Positions 26,424-41,340 of a stretch of DNA of 64,000 nucleotides are shown here, piece after piece. The notes under the pieces were generated by a model. The model made no database searches. It was not told the DNA's origin and saw only the letters and a list, made by a program, of their open reading frames with translations. The DNA comes from Octopus vulgaris. Lineage: Eukaryota. The stretch lies in NCBI GenBank assembly GCA_951406725.2, contig OX597817.1:40548001-40612000 (forward strand), read 5' to 3'. The position numbers were made by a program, and so were the translations under genes. Position 1 is the stretch's first letter; the number at the start of each line of letters is the position of its first letter.

Positions 26424-28539
26424 AAAGGATGTGTTATAACACTATTCCACACATACAAAAACAGCCATACCAACAATCCAACAAACGTCCATCATCAGCT
26501 GCTCCATAGATATTATGGTTGTGTTGTTTAGGAACAAACATACCAAAAAAAAAAAAAGAAGAAAACGAAAAATTGCTACTTCAAATGAGATAGCATAATG
26601 GTTAAATGGTTAACCAGTATTCAGAATTCCATGTAAATCCATGCATGTCCAAACTCCAATCAAGTATCAAACATAATGTGTCCTCCAGTTTTCTTTCAGT
26701 ATTATAAACATTTGAACATTTGAATAATTTATGGAGTGTATATCTAAGAGCAGAATAAAAGAGGAGATTCAGTTTCACTTTGCATTATAATTTATGAAGT
26801 TATAATAAAAAGATGAACTAAATCTCCTAGTTTAGACTGTACTTGAATACAACATGTGTGTGTGTGTGTATTGATCTTGCTGGTGATGTAAAGCACTCAT
26901 GGTGGTGCCACATAAAAGCGCCCATGTGGTACCATGTAAAAACACCAGGCACACTCTGCAAAGTGATGTTAGGAAGGGCATCCAGCTGTAGAAACCATGC
27001 CAATTCAGAGTGGAGTCTGGCGCAGCTTGCCAGTTCTGGTCAAACTGTTCAAACCATGCCAGCATAGACAAAGGAAGGAAGGAAGGAAGGAAGGAAGGAA
27101 GGAAGGGAGGGAGGAAGGAAGGAAGGAAGGAGGGAGGGAGGGAAGGAAGGAAGGAAGGAAGGAAGGAAGGAAGGAAGGAAGGAAGGAAGGAAGGAAGGAA
27201 GGAAGGAAGGAAGGAAGGAGGGAAGGAGGGAGGAAGGGAGGGATGGAGGAAGGAAGGAAGGAAGGAAGGATGAAGGAAGGAAGGAAGGAAGGAAGGAAGG
27301 AAGGAAGGAAGGATGGATGGATGGATGCAAGCATGCATACACACAAATGAAGAGTGCTGAAAAGGTCCTGGCTTTGGGTATAAGAAAAGACAGGAGAATC
27401 ACTTAATTATGATTTATACAAGATATTTCCCCTCTCAGGTTCACACACTTATTGCAGCAGTCTTTCAATTTTTCTAAGTCCCGCAAAAGAACTTTGGTGG
27501 TTGTGCCTCCAATCAGGCTTTTTGCAATACCTTTAAAGCTAGGAACTTTACAGCATCCCTCATATACATATTCACTCAAGTTATTCAAGAACTGGTATGA
27601 ACTATACTTACTGGCTCAATTTCTATGTGCACCACATTTGGTTTTTCTTCTGACTTCCTGGCAAGATGTGTTGCACTACTAAATCCCGTCTTTGGTGGCA
27701 GAATCTTCAAGCTTTCAGTCCTCCTTATTTTAGTTTTCTTCCCCACTTCTCTGACCTGATAAGGAATGGATAAAATATAAAATAAGGGATATTGTCAAGA
27801 TATCCACTGTAATATTCTTCATGGGATACATGAGAAGTAATTAAGAGTTTGAAAGTCTCTCAAATGCAAATGTTTCTGATTGTATTCTAGAATTATGCCT
27901 TTGTTAGGATTTATTTTCATGTTTTGGCATGAATTTCTTACAACTTGTTTGAAACGCAAAAGTTCCAAAATGAAAAATTGTAGTGTGCTACATCACCAAA
28001 CACAGAACAAGACTACATAGGAAAATATTAGCAAACAATACCTCTACTCTATACAGATTTCCCCATAAAAATAAATGATTAACACACAGATAACATACAC
28101 AAGTCACAAACAAAACGAAACATTTGACTGTTGGCATATAAATCTAAGATAAAATCACAAATTTTTCTGATATTTTCACTAGTTATTTTGGTCCTGCATT
28201 CTGTTAGGGCATAGTAACCTACACCAACATTACTCTATCCAGATGAGATTCTGAAAGGTTTAAAAATGTTGATAATGGATTTGGAAATTTGAGTGTCCCA
28301 AACAAACTGCAAGAACTCACATATGCATTTACACATGTATGTATACATACATGCACACACAGAGGGAAATATCACTAATAATGTAGATCAAACATGCTCT
28401 GTTAATTATATCTGTGGTATAGAAAAAATAGGTTAATGATCTAATTTCATAAGATAACATTAAAAAGAAAATAGTATAGGACAAATAGGTTACATATACA
28501 AGGAACCAACTTAAAGGCATATCTATTTATATATTTTAG

Positions 28540-28612
<73 letters not shown>

Positions 28613-31600
28613 AAATCTCTGGTTTACAAATGGGAAAACTGAGATGGTATCTCTGTCCACTTGTGACTATGTAGGTACCTAAAATAATTAGCTAACGCAA
28701 AGTATATACTACCAAGTCATACTTGGAGTTACCATGTACAGTGACCAAGTTTAAAGTAGCAGATCCCATTGCCCATTGTAGCAGGGCTAAAATTAAGTAG
28801 AATACCATTTTGATATATAAATGACCATGCAGAGGGTCTCTCTTTGGTTTGAATTTAATTGTTATTGTTGCTGCCAGTGTCGTTGCTATATTAAAGAGCA
28901 GACAAAATGGAAAAGGCGTTGCTCCAGGGGGATGCACTGGAATAGCCACTCTAACTTGCAGGGCCTACATGTGGACAGCAATCTACATCGCAATAGTAGT
29001 GAACAGGGATATGGTCCGAGAAAGCCGGAGGTCTCCACTGCTACAGGCTTAACCATGAACGTGTCAGAAAGTGACTGATACCTTGACAATTTGCTTTTCT
29101 CAGCTTGACGAACGGTGAAGCTTGAGCTGGTAGCTGAACATACTAAGTTGCCACAGCATGTGGCATCCCAGAAGAGGGGCCTACTGCCACAGAACATGAA
29201 AATTGTTATACTGTCAGGCATTTTACCATCCCTTTGGTCTAGCCCCACTGCCTTGAGCTGAGAAGGGAAACCTGCAATATCTAGGCCATGCTTTGTTAAG
29301 GGCTGCATGGTGTGGAAAGCAGCCAGCATTATGATGGCATGACAGTGGGTGGAAGCCAAAAGAATCCACAGTAGCATTCACAAGTCTCACAGATCTGGAG
29401 GCCAAGCTTCAGGGAAACATCAATATGCAGACAAGTTGAGTGACAGTTGTGAATGATGGCAACACATTGAGCCAAGCTCTGCAGTGAGGCTCAGAGGCTG
29501 AGCAGAAACATGTCATGGTGTCAGTCAAGCCAGTGCAGCTCATCCAAAGCATTTTCATAAGTTTGTCGTAAATGTCCATGCTTGTTTTCAAACTTTTAGT
29601 TGGCCCCCTGTTTGCTTTTCTCAGAATATTTCACACATTCTGAGTGATATAAATCCTTCATTTCATAAGTTTTAAGTTGAGGATATATATCATATATGAC
29701 GCATGGACATCAGGGTAATATGTCCTGAGTATCATGTGTAATACATAAGACAGGCAAAGAGTTAAAGATGGATTATTTTCCCATTTATGAAGAAGCTTGT
29801 TTAGTGCATACAAACTAGGTGTATACATGCATGTATGGCTGTGTGATGTTTGTGCCATGTACCAGATATGTAATGAGTACACTGTTGACTTTTATGTGGT
29901 ATTTCTACAAAGTTAAATGTAATCTATAGTTGAATTTTACTCTCAGCCTAAAGAAAACTCTTGTTAATCCTTCAATGCCCTCGTGATTATGTTGTAAGAT
30001 TCTTTATTGAAATATGTAATGTTCTGTTTTATATTTGTGGTGAACATAAACAAAGCAAATTCGTTATGCTTGTAATTAATTTGTGGTCTTGCCTGTTAAA
30101 CTGGACTCTTGATATTGGATATTATCACATGGTAAGATTTTCTTGAAGCTGCCTCGAAGAAAATACCATGTATAGTCTGCAAGTTGCCTTCAATCCGCAT
30201 TGCTTCGACGGAGAATAATGGTTTAAAATTTTGGCAAAAGGCCAGCATTTTTGGGTGAGGTGGGTGGGGGAACTGGTTACCTTTTCCCTAGTGCTAAGCT
30301 GGTACTTATTTATCGACCTCCGAAAGGATGAATGGCAAAGTCGATCTTATTTCTTTATTGCCCACCAGGGGCTAAGGGATTAGGCCGATTACATCGACCC
30401 CAGTGCGTAATTGGTAGTTAATTTATCGACCCCGAAAGGATGAAAGGCAAAGTCGACTTCGGCGGAATTTGAACGTAAATACGAACGAAATGCCCCCTCT
30501 AAGCATTTTGTTCCCAGCGATAGTAGCATCTACAAAACAGTAATTACTTCAATATTGTCAGGGTCGTTGGAAGCTGATATTAGCAAATAAATGCTGCAAT
30601 GGCTTCTGCAGACAGAAATTTCTAAATTGTGTTACATGCATGTGTATGTTGGAAGAATGAGTTAAATATATTGGATTTTATATATTTACATCGCCAACGA
30701 CAGGACTAGCACGAACATTTTCCTCTTCCTTTGTTGTATTCTCTTTTAATTTCAAGTCTTCTGACTGTATGGAAAAAAAAAATAAATGATACGTTAAACA
30801 CGTATTTGTATACGCCAAGGGACGATGACTAAATTTATACATATACATCTATGACTCCTTAACACAACGTATAATTTATTGAAGTAAAATATATGACTCG
30901 GAATGCCAACGACATTGTTAAAGAAAATATATTTCAAGAATACCACTGAATATATTATAAGATTTACATGAAAAAGTTATATAATCTTTTTTATTGATTT
31001 TTAAGTGGGCGGACTTTCGGATTAGCTGTTACGAATAAAATGGAATTGTTTATTTTTTTCTTTTTCTTGACATTTTTCAACATTTTATAGTATTCCATAA
31101 TGCAAAACACTTGTAAATCGCTCAAATTTTTTGGGTCTTTTTTTTTTTTGAAAATCCATGTTTTTCAAATATCTCATTCCGCTCCTTGAGAAGGGAGAGA
31201 TAGCTGCTACAATTATTATTAGTCTTTTTCATTATTTTATAGTATTCCACATTCCAGAAACACTTGTAATTCGCATTTTAAAACTTTCGCGATTAAAATA
31301 ACTTTTGCCATCAAGTGTCCCAGAGTATTGAAGTGTCTTAATGACAATTATTAATTGTAACCTCAATTCATTAATTCCAACAAACTAGAGATTCGCCATT
31401 TTGCTAAATTTTTAACTCGGCCGTTTCATTCCACGCGTTTTTATTACAACTTAATGTTGCTAATATCAACGATACTTCTTCAAATACTGAATACTTAAAT
31501 GTCAAAATCGTGTTATCGTTTAACCATTCTTTTAAAAGTACAGATAATATCACAATGAATATAAAATAATACAGCAGTCATTCCACTAATTAGCTGTTAA

Positions 31601-33486
31601 CGCAACTGGAATGGATCCGTTATTTGTATCAATAGGTATTTTATGGTAGCCATCTATAATTTACGTAAACTATTCTCAAATAAACAATCCATTTATCCGT
31701 CTATTAACTATCATATCTTTGATCGCTGATGCCATTTTTTTCTTTCCTTCACAACCCCCAAACCGTTTATAGACGTTTTAAGTTTCCAGTTGAAAATTAG
31801 GATAAGGAATTTATCGAAAGAAGCAAATATATATTTAAATATTTAAAACTAATTTTGATATTGAAATAAAACAAAAAAAAAAATTCAGTTTAAGTGGAAA
31901 TAAAAGATATAAGAAAGACCAGCCATTAAAAATTCAAGTTCTTTTACAATTTCTTTACTTACGACAATTAAACTCATTTTTAAATAATTATGCAAAGCGA
32001 GACTGACTTTGTTATACAGAAGGAACCTGAAGACTCATGACGTTTTATATATAGTTTCGGAATGAAATAATGAAATGTTATTTCCAAAGTGAAACTTCAC
32101 CAAATTAGAGAAGCAGGAACAGTATCGAAAAATGAAAATGGTCGAACTTTAAAGAGCGCCGTTGTGCTTATCATAAGCGTCATACTGTTCTTTGGGAAAT
32201 CGAATATCTGAAGCTGAATCCACTTTTTTGGCGCTTCTTTCGTTATTATCTCTCATATCATTTTATTTGATCGCATTTTAAAATGGAAGGATTGAAAAAA
32301 CAATTTCATTTGAATTCGTACAAATTATCAATTATTTCTCCCAATTTCAATTTACTGATCTAAACAATGTATTTTTTTCTAATGGATATTTTTCTCTGTG
32401 ATTTCATGGTGGCCAATTAACTAACTATCTCTAGTGAACACGCCATTCGAGTGCAGTCTCTCTCTCTTTCTCTCATTTCTTTTTCAAATATAATTCAATG
32501 CTTCTTCAATTCGTTTTTAGACGGAAGAGACGGTGGTATTCATAACCCTTTATAGGACCTCTGAGACTGGAAGGAGGAAGGCATCCTTAAACCAGAGACC
32601 TGACCCAAATGAATGTCACACAGTGGTCTCCACTAAAGTCACAAGATGCCAGGGGTTGCGCTTACCACCCAAGTAGGCCATGGTGGGATTTAAACTCAAA
32701 ACAGAAAACCGGAACATAACATCATAAAGCATTCAGTCCGACATGTTTATAGTTCCGCCAATCTGCAGCCTTGCATTGGTGTTTTGGTTTTTTTTTTAGA
32801 AGATATTATATATATATATATCTTCACATGTATTTAATTTGATTTCCCACTTCAGTAATGGTTTTTAAGTGTTTTAGTTTTTAAATCTTTACGCTTCTAA
32901 ATAGTGGAAAACATTTGAGTTTTGTCACATCTCTTATGTAAAATCCGTTCTGTCTGTCTGCGTGTGTGTCTTCTCGGATCTCGGGCATCCTCCATCCGAT
33001 TGTGCTCAAATTTGATTTGAAGATACCGACGGTATCAGGGCGTGCATAAGTCTTGAAAAAATTGCAAAAATCGATTCCAGGTGAGAATGCGATCGATAAA
33101 CCCGTTTTTGTCCCGCTTTTCTTCCATCAACCTGTACATAACTGCACCTTCCATTTTGTGTTGTTTTTGTACTGCTTAAAGGCACGTTTCTTTCCCGCCA
33201 AGCTTACTATTTAAACCATGTTTGTGTTCTCCCAGTCATCAGTCTTATCATTACTGGTACTTTAAACTCTTCGGTTGCATATTTGCCTGAATAAAATCGT
33301 TTTTATTTGGAATAGAAAAAAAGTCTATCTTTATTTCTTCTTTTGCTGGTGTCTCAAATTTAGGTTTAATAAGTTTCTCAAAGGAGGGGGGGTTATGGGA
33401 CGGTCGGACATGTTTTCAGAAAATTTGGTTTAAATGTTTGACAACTCAGCACCGGCCATTGGATGGGGGGGGGGGGCGTTTTGCTC

Positions 33487-33523
<37 letters not shown>

Positions 33524-36500
33524 TATATTTTATAGATTCTCGAAAGAATGAAGGGCTAAAGTGAGCTCAGCAGCATTTGAGAGTTGGAACAAATACCATG
33601 AAACATTCTGTCTGACGCTCTAAGCGATTCTGGCACTTGTTCTTCTCAAGTCATTCTGATTTTTTTTTCTATTATACCACCCTGCCTACAATTTTTGCAA
33701 TGACATCGCAATATCCTTTGGCTATCACTGTTCATAACCAATTATATGACATATTTGCTGAGAAATCAACAATCCTTTTATTTTAAAACATTCTATTGTA
33801 TGGCAATTGTTCTTAATTTCTAAACGAATTCTCTATAAATTACATATATTTAATTATGTCAATAAAATCGACGAAAAAGAAATTACATGTAATACGGTTT
33901 ATAGCAAAGCGGCGATTCTTAAGTCACTCTCTTATAATTGATGGTTTCATCAAGGAGATATGAGAAATTTGATCTTTAAAATCTAACAATATATTTTAAA
34001 ACATCCTGAAAAAATATCCGTTTTTGCAGACTATAGGGTGTGTGGTTTTCGGGGTCCGAACAAAAGTCCCTTAGGACAAAAGCACCCTTGACAAAAAAAA
34101 CCCCTAGAACAAAAGCCCCCACGGTTATACTTTCCGGTTATTTTTTCGTTTTTAGAATTTTTAGTTGAATGTATCAACCCCAGAATTTTTCTTTTGCTTG
34201 TTGCAGTTATTAGACTGCGGCCGGCCATGTTGGGGCACCACCTTCAAGAATTTTTAGATGCTGTTTGGAACCCAGAAATTTTTTTAGAGCTTAGTCAAAG
34301 CCACTTCTGTGATATAATTCATCTTTGCTTTTCTTTTTACTTGTTGCAGTCATTAGATTGCAGCCATGCTGGGACACCACTACGAGGAATTTTTAGTTGA
34401 TTGTATCGACTCCAGAATTTTTTGGATGATTTTCAACCAGCGCATGAAGTTAATCCTAGAAGGTCTCTCGACATGCTGGAAATAACAGCCAAATCTCTTG
34501 AAATTTTTTTATAACCCCCGCCTCAATTATGTTTTTTATTTTGGTTATTCTTCTTTCTTTTTATTTTCTAAAAATCTTTTTACTTGTTTCAGTCACTGGA
34601 CTGCGGCCATGCTTGAAGAATTTTTAGTCAAATGTATTGACCCCAGAATTTTGTTTTGGTGATTTTCAACCAGCGCATGAAGTTAAGCCTAGAAGGTCTC
34701 TCCACATGTTAGAAATAACAACCAAATCTTACAATTTTTTTTTTTTATAATTTCACATAAACAAAAACCGATATCGTGTGGTTGTAAAAAAAAAATATTT
34801 TCCAAAATTCCAATTTTTAAGTAAACAAAATATAATTCAATTGAAAAACAGTGTCAAAACATCTATGCCCCTTACAATGGTAATTTCCGTGTGTTTCAGT
34901 TATTTTCATCGTTTTTAGAATAATTCTAAAGTTTGAAAATACAAATAAATTCAACTTTTAACATCAATAATAGAATAACAGAATACAAGATTCTTTACTA
35001 CTCAATGTATGTATTGTCTGAATTCTAGCAAAAGGGAAAACCTTTACTTCAAGAAATGACTATATATACACACATAAAATTAAAGTAAATATTACACATG
35101 TCTCTGACATGTTTTTTCTTCACAAAAACCAGAATTTGTCATTTTTATGGAGAAACACCCATCTCCCTATAAGAAGTACGTTTGAATGACTAGCTTTCTG
35201 TTAGACCTTCAAAGGCCGGAGAAAGTTTGAAAGGTCAACTTATTCTCATTAATCTATAAGTGCTGAGAGAAGAAAAAAAGAGGAAAAGATCCGATCCCAA
35301 AAGACTTTAAATATATATTTTAAAATGCTGACTTTTCTCCGACCAAAAATGCTTCAAGCTGGTGCTCCAGCATGGCCACAGTCCAATGACTAAAACAAGT
35401 AAAAAGGTTTTTAGAAAATAAAGAAAACCGAAAGGGTTATAAAAAAATTTCAAGAGATCTAGCTGTTGTTTCTAGCATGTGGAGAAATCTAGGCTTAACT
35501 TCATGGTTGAAAATCATTAAAAAAAATTCTGGGGTCAGTACATTCGACTAAAAATTATTCGAGGTGGTGCCCCAGCATGGCCGCAGTCTAATAACTGCAA
35601 CAAGTAGAAATAAAAAAAATTCTAGTGTCAATACATTCGACTAAGAATTCTTCAAGGTAGTGCCCCAGCATGGCCGCAGCCTAATAACTGCAACAAGTAA
35701 AATGGAAAGAAAAAATTCCGGGGTCAATACGTTCAACTAAAAATTCTTCAATGCGGTGCCCCAGCATGGCCACAGTCCAATGACTGAAACAAGTAGAAGG
35801 TGAAAAGAATGAAAAAATAATCGAAAAATATAACCGTGGGGCTTTTGTCCACTTTCACCCTTTAACTATGGGGCTTTTGTCCTACATACATGGTTTTCAC
35901 CAGGCTGGAAAGCAATATAGATCATCTCTCTCTATATAAACGGCAGTTTGTCTGTCTGTGTGTCTGTCAGGTTGTACCCTCACCCTGACCACGGCTTTCA
36001 ACCGATTCTGATGAAACTTGACACACACATAGCCCGATGTCATAATTCAAAACTAACGCAGCGAAAATTTTGAAAAGTTCCCCCAGTTCTGAAAAAATCG
36101 ATAAATTCGACATGGGGTCGAGAATCTAAGCTTTTTATATGCAACACATTTTCTGGGCTGTACGTGGGCTGTTCACGCGTTGGGAGGCGCAATGATGTTT
36201 TCATGTTTTCGCCCAAAGGGACAGCTAGGAACATCGTATACACAGAAGTATTCGAGTGAAGAGAAGACATTGCAACCTACACATACGCCTTCGTTCCCTA
36301 GAGGGAAAGGACTAGATTGGGATTAGTCGTTGCCTACTAGGGGCTCTTACATACCCGGGCAACGCCGGGCTATGCTGCTAGTTAAAAATAAAATAATAAT
36401 AATGTTCCTTCTTGAGCCATACCAGGCTCGTAAGGGTCGATTTCAGTGGCGTAGAAATACCTCACCTGGACGGGATGCCGGTCCGTCGCAGGGTCACTCA

Positions 36501-39500
36501 TTTTTGCCAGCTGAGTGGACTGGAGCAACGTGAAACAAAGTGTTTTGCTCAAGAACACAAGGCATCGCCCGGTCCAGGAATCGAAACCACAACCTTACGA
36601 TCATGAGTGCAACACCCTAACCACTAAGCCACGCGCCTCCGCAATATAGATAATTAAAGATTGGAAAATCAAATATTTTATATGTATGTATATGTCTCCT
36701 TCAGGAACCGGGAGTAGATCATTAAAAACTATAAATGAAATATTACGATATGTTTTCACCAAGATTAATTAGTGGGTAAGTGAATGGAAATATCTACAAC
36801 TGGTTACCAAAACGGGACTCCTTCTCTTGTGGCTTATTTTCATTCTCATAAAGAACGGTTCACGGTCAATGCTGTTTTAAGGCATGGGCACTTTGGGCAG
36901 TTATCTGTTCATGATTCTAACTGAGAATCGAAACCAGGTTCGTGGATTAGGTCTGATGGAAATTTACTGTTTTTAAACGTCACTCAAGTCGATAATAAAT
37001 TCTTTTCAGATGCAACATGAAATTTCGTTATGTCATTTTTTAGTCCTTGTCTTTTAAATGGGTTGGAATAAACTATTTTTCAGAAACTGTCAGATCTTTT
37101 CTCCACTGAGGATATAAGAGCCGAAGGAAAGCAAATCTACTTTTGTCCATTAGGTTGTTGAAACTCTTGTTGAATCTCCATCAAATCATACCTCACTGCC
37201 TTAGAAATTGATGCCACGGCAATCCTCCAGCTCATGCGCATGGGAAAAAAGATGGGATGGTCACAGTTGGAATTGATCAGAAGCCTGATCAAGACTAAGC
37301 TGATTGATTGTAAACTGAACAATGTTCTAACGATAATTAAAATAGTGGTGTATCTTGTTTAGGTCTTCTGTATTCCTGTGTTGATAAAATTTGCTCGACA
37401 TTATTTTCAATAGTCAACCGTGTTAACTTAAGTTAGTTCAGTGAAGACAGAAACTAATCAAAAAATGCAGACGTGGCTGGCTTTCAAGCTTTGCCTAGTA
37501 ATGAGATGAGCTTCTACATAGTCGTTAGAGCTGGTAGAAACAACAGATATATTTCTTCAAAGAAGAATTGAATCCTAATGATGTAATCCCAGATACTCCT
37601 TAAAAGTGGTGGTGGTCACTGTTAGAATACCTTTGTGCATAAATTTCTTCAACCAGTGATGACTTGGGGGCTAAATAACAACAGCGTAACGTATTTGAAT
37701 TATTTTCCTTTGGTCCGAAGAGATGACAATAAAATGAAATTAAATCAATTGGAAACCGTGACAGGTCAATATAACCCAGAGCTGATTGTTTTCAAGGGTG
37801 CTACAAATTTTATGACAGATCAAACAGAAAGAAACATTACATTGATAAAAGAGAATATAATTGAATAAAGAAAATATAAGCAATTGTGATTAAAAAAAAA
37901 AAAAAGAATTCATTTCAGTGTTGAAATCTTCGTACTTTTAAACGGGAAGTTAAAATATATATATATACTAGCAGTATCGCCCGGCGTTGCTCGGGTTTGT
38001 AAAGGAAATAACTATATAAGCATTTTTAGAGATGTAAAGTATAATAGCCATCTCAATACGGCTAACCACAAAGGGGGGAGGGTGTTACTGTAGCTTTTTA
38101 CGTTCTGAGATTTAATAATAAATTTTTAGAGAGTTACTTCCCTTATATATGCCAAAAATGCATTAAAAATGGGAAAAATTGATGGTAAATTTTTTTAAAA
38201 TCGTAGACTCATCATAGACGCGCGCTAATACCCAGAAGGGCTCGATATCAATCACGACTATAAGATACCCGGTTTTGGTTAAACTGCACCACAAAATGTG
38301 GGAGTAGTTAGGAATGTAAATCGTAGGAGACAGACACACAACTTCACTTTTATATATAAAGATATTCGAAAAATTAAAAGGAAAGAATTTGGAATGAAGT
38401 GGATTAAAAAATTTGAAAAGTTATTTTCATTAGCTTCTATGTCTTTGCTTGTGTAATGTAGTGTACAGATTAAGGGACAAAATGCTTGTGACCCTGGGAT
38501 ACTGCTGACAATACGGACAGGTTTCCAGGCTTAGAAACTTCTGAGTAGCTTCTGCAGTTTCTGCGTGGGGCAAAACATCTCTGATCCTATTCACGTAATT
38601 TCTGTTGTTGAAACAAAAGTTAACTGAAGAATTGCTTATGAACCACATGGTTCCGAGTTCAGTCCCACTGCGTGGTACCTTGGGCAAGTGTTTTCCACTA
38701 TAGCCTCGGGGCCACCAAAGCATTGTGAGTGGATTTGGTAGACGGAAACTGAAAGAAGCCCGTCGTATATATATATGTATGTGTGTGTATACATTTGTGT
38801 GTCTGTTTGTCCCCCCAACATCGCTTGACAACCGATGCTGGTGTGTTTACGTCCCCGTAACTTAGCAGTTCGGCGAAAGAGACCGATAGAATAAGTACTA
38901 GGCTTACAAAGAATAAGTCCTGGGATTGATTTGCTCGACTAAAGGCGGTGCTCCAGCATGGCCACAGTCATATGACTGAAACAAGTAAAAGAGTAAAAGA
39001 GCGGTTTGTACATAAATAAATTTGTACATAAATAAATTTGAAAATGATCCGTTGGTATTATTTCCAACAATTTCATTATATTAATGTGATTCAATGACTG
39101 TAATTTCATATCACTCAAATAACTGAGCATTAAGTTTGTCAGCCAATATCAATACGTCGTATTGAATTAGTCTATGGGAAAATGTATAATGTTTATCATA
39201 TAACATTAGAAGAAAAGGACAGTAATATCAAACAGTATCAGTTATGAGATCGATTGAGTGTTATTGGTAAAAAATATTCATCTTAACTAGAATCAACTTA
39301 AGATATGTATGACAACAACACTTAAAGATATGGTTGAGAGTATTGTCAAGCAATTTCTGTAGTCGCCTAAAGATTTGATGAACGTGGCTGGAACTGGGGC
39401 TAAACTTTAACAATTCATGTATTGTAATTTGTTATTGTAAACATCAAATAGTTTTGCTTTGAAGTTTTAGTAAAAAATGAAGACAGTCTTTGTGGTTATA

Positions 39501-40605
39501 TTATTAAACACTATAACATTTCACATTCAATACAAGAATAATCTTTTTTACTTCAGGCACAAGGCCTGAATTTTTTGGGGATAGTGTTCATTCAATTAAA
39601 TTGACCCCTGTATGCAACTGGTACTGAATTTATTGACCCCAAAATGATGAAAGGCAAAGTCAACCTTGGCCGAATTTGAACTAAGGAAGTAAAGACAGAC
39701 AAAATACTGCTAAGCATTTTGTCCAGCGTGCTAACATTTCTACCATCTTGCCGCCTTCAATACAATAATTCCATTCAAAATGGAATAATTCCAATCAAAA
39801 TGGAATAGGTTCATTCAAAATGAAACAATTCCATTCAAAATGGAATAGTTACTTTCAAAAAGCTAATGGTGAACTTCTGCTGACTCTTTTGCCACAACTT
39901 TCTCTCACTCTTTCCTCCTGCATCTTGCAGCTCACCTGCAACGGATCGGCGTCCCGTCCAGGTGGGGAACCTATACGGCAAGGAAACCGGAAACCGGCCT
40001 TTATGAGCCAGGCATGGCTCGAGAAGGAACAAACAACAATAAACATACACATACAGGCTACACCTCTTGGTACTTGTCATCACTTGTTTCTATTTTAATA
40101 AAGTTACAATGTTTTGTTTAAAAACTGCCTTCTGACATTCATTACACATACTTCTCAAAAGCACATTCGTCACGAACATTTTCATATTTTAAATTAGTGA
40201 CCACTCTTACTAAATGCCCATTCATTCTTACCATTTAGCCTGCAAAACTTTAATTGGCAGTGAGCACTGTCCTTTTATCTTCAGAATAATAAATAAGTTT
40301 TGAAAATTGATTAAAAATTGGGCCATATTAAGTATGTACTGAGTTTTTAGACTGACTCCCCTATCCTACCATAAAGTTTTCATTTGTTTGTCCCTGACAC
40401 AAATCTACTTCACTACAATAGGCTGTAGTTGTTACACAGGAATTTTCTTCCCATTCCTTCCCAACTCTGCTTTTATAGCCTTCTTATCATTATTGTAATC
40501 ATAATTGGTGTATATCAACAATAAGTCCTCACAAGTTGCGTTAACAAAGAAAATATGGACCTTTGTGAAATGATTCTCTCCTTTGCCAGCCAGAGAGATA
40601 GTGGG

Positions 40606-40663
<58 letters not shown>

Positions 40664-41211
40664 ATCAACCAATCAGCTGAGAGAAGTTAGATTTTGTCAG
40701 CACACTGACCAGTGTATACCAACAGTAAAACAATTATAAGATATTTAGAAAATAATGGATTCTAGGCAAGACAATTATCTCCCTTGCCATAGAGGAACAA
40801 CCGATCAACTAAGAGAAATTATGTATGAATTATTACAAACCAATATACATTGAAGTTTCCACTTACTGTTGAACTGGCACTTCCTGTCAGAACACAATCT
40901 GTTACCAATGATGTTTTGGGCTCCTCAGTTACATTATTATAATTTGTGTAACTACAAGCATCAATTTGGACATTCTCAGATGAGATCTTTGATGAAACAA
41001 TTGGCGTGCCAGAAGAAAAACTAGAATTGGTTGCTTCAGTATCCAAGTCATCATTTTTTATTGTGGAAACATTTTCAGCAACTACATCTAAAGAAAACAG
41101 GAAGACATAATATTTGTAATGTTCATAAACTTAAAAAATATATAAGTGGCAAATATACTTCACAATGTCGTGCAGCTACTGTTTATACCTCGCTCAGAGA
41201 TTTATTATTAC

Positions 41212-41296
<85 letters not shown>

Positions 41297-41306
41297 TGAC
41301 ATGCGC

Positions 41307-41340
<34 letters not shown>

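Noticed and set aside
26832-27402. ORFs rich in PSFL or GRKE (and the YI, CV, HT-repeat ORFs throughout the track)
   Set aside because: They are translations of (GGAA)n, (TA)n, (TG)n and (TATG)n microsatellites, with no splice or codon support.
32149-32256. 35-aa minus-strand [27 protein letters not shown]...
   Set aside because: Short, no recognisable homology and no splice sites; compatible with chance.
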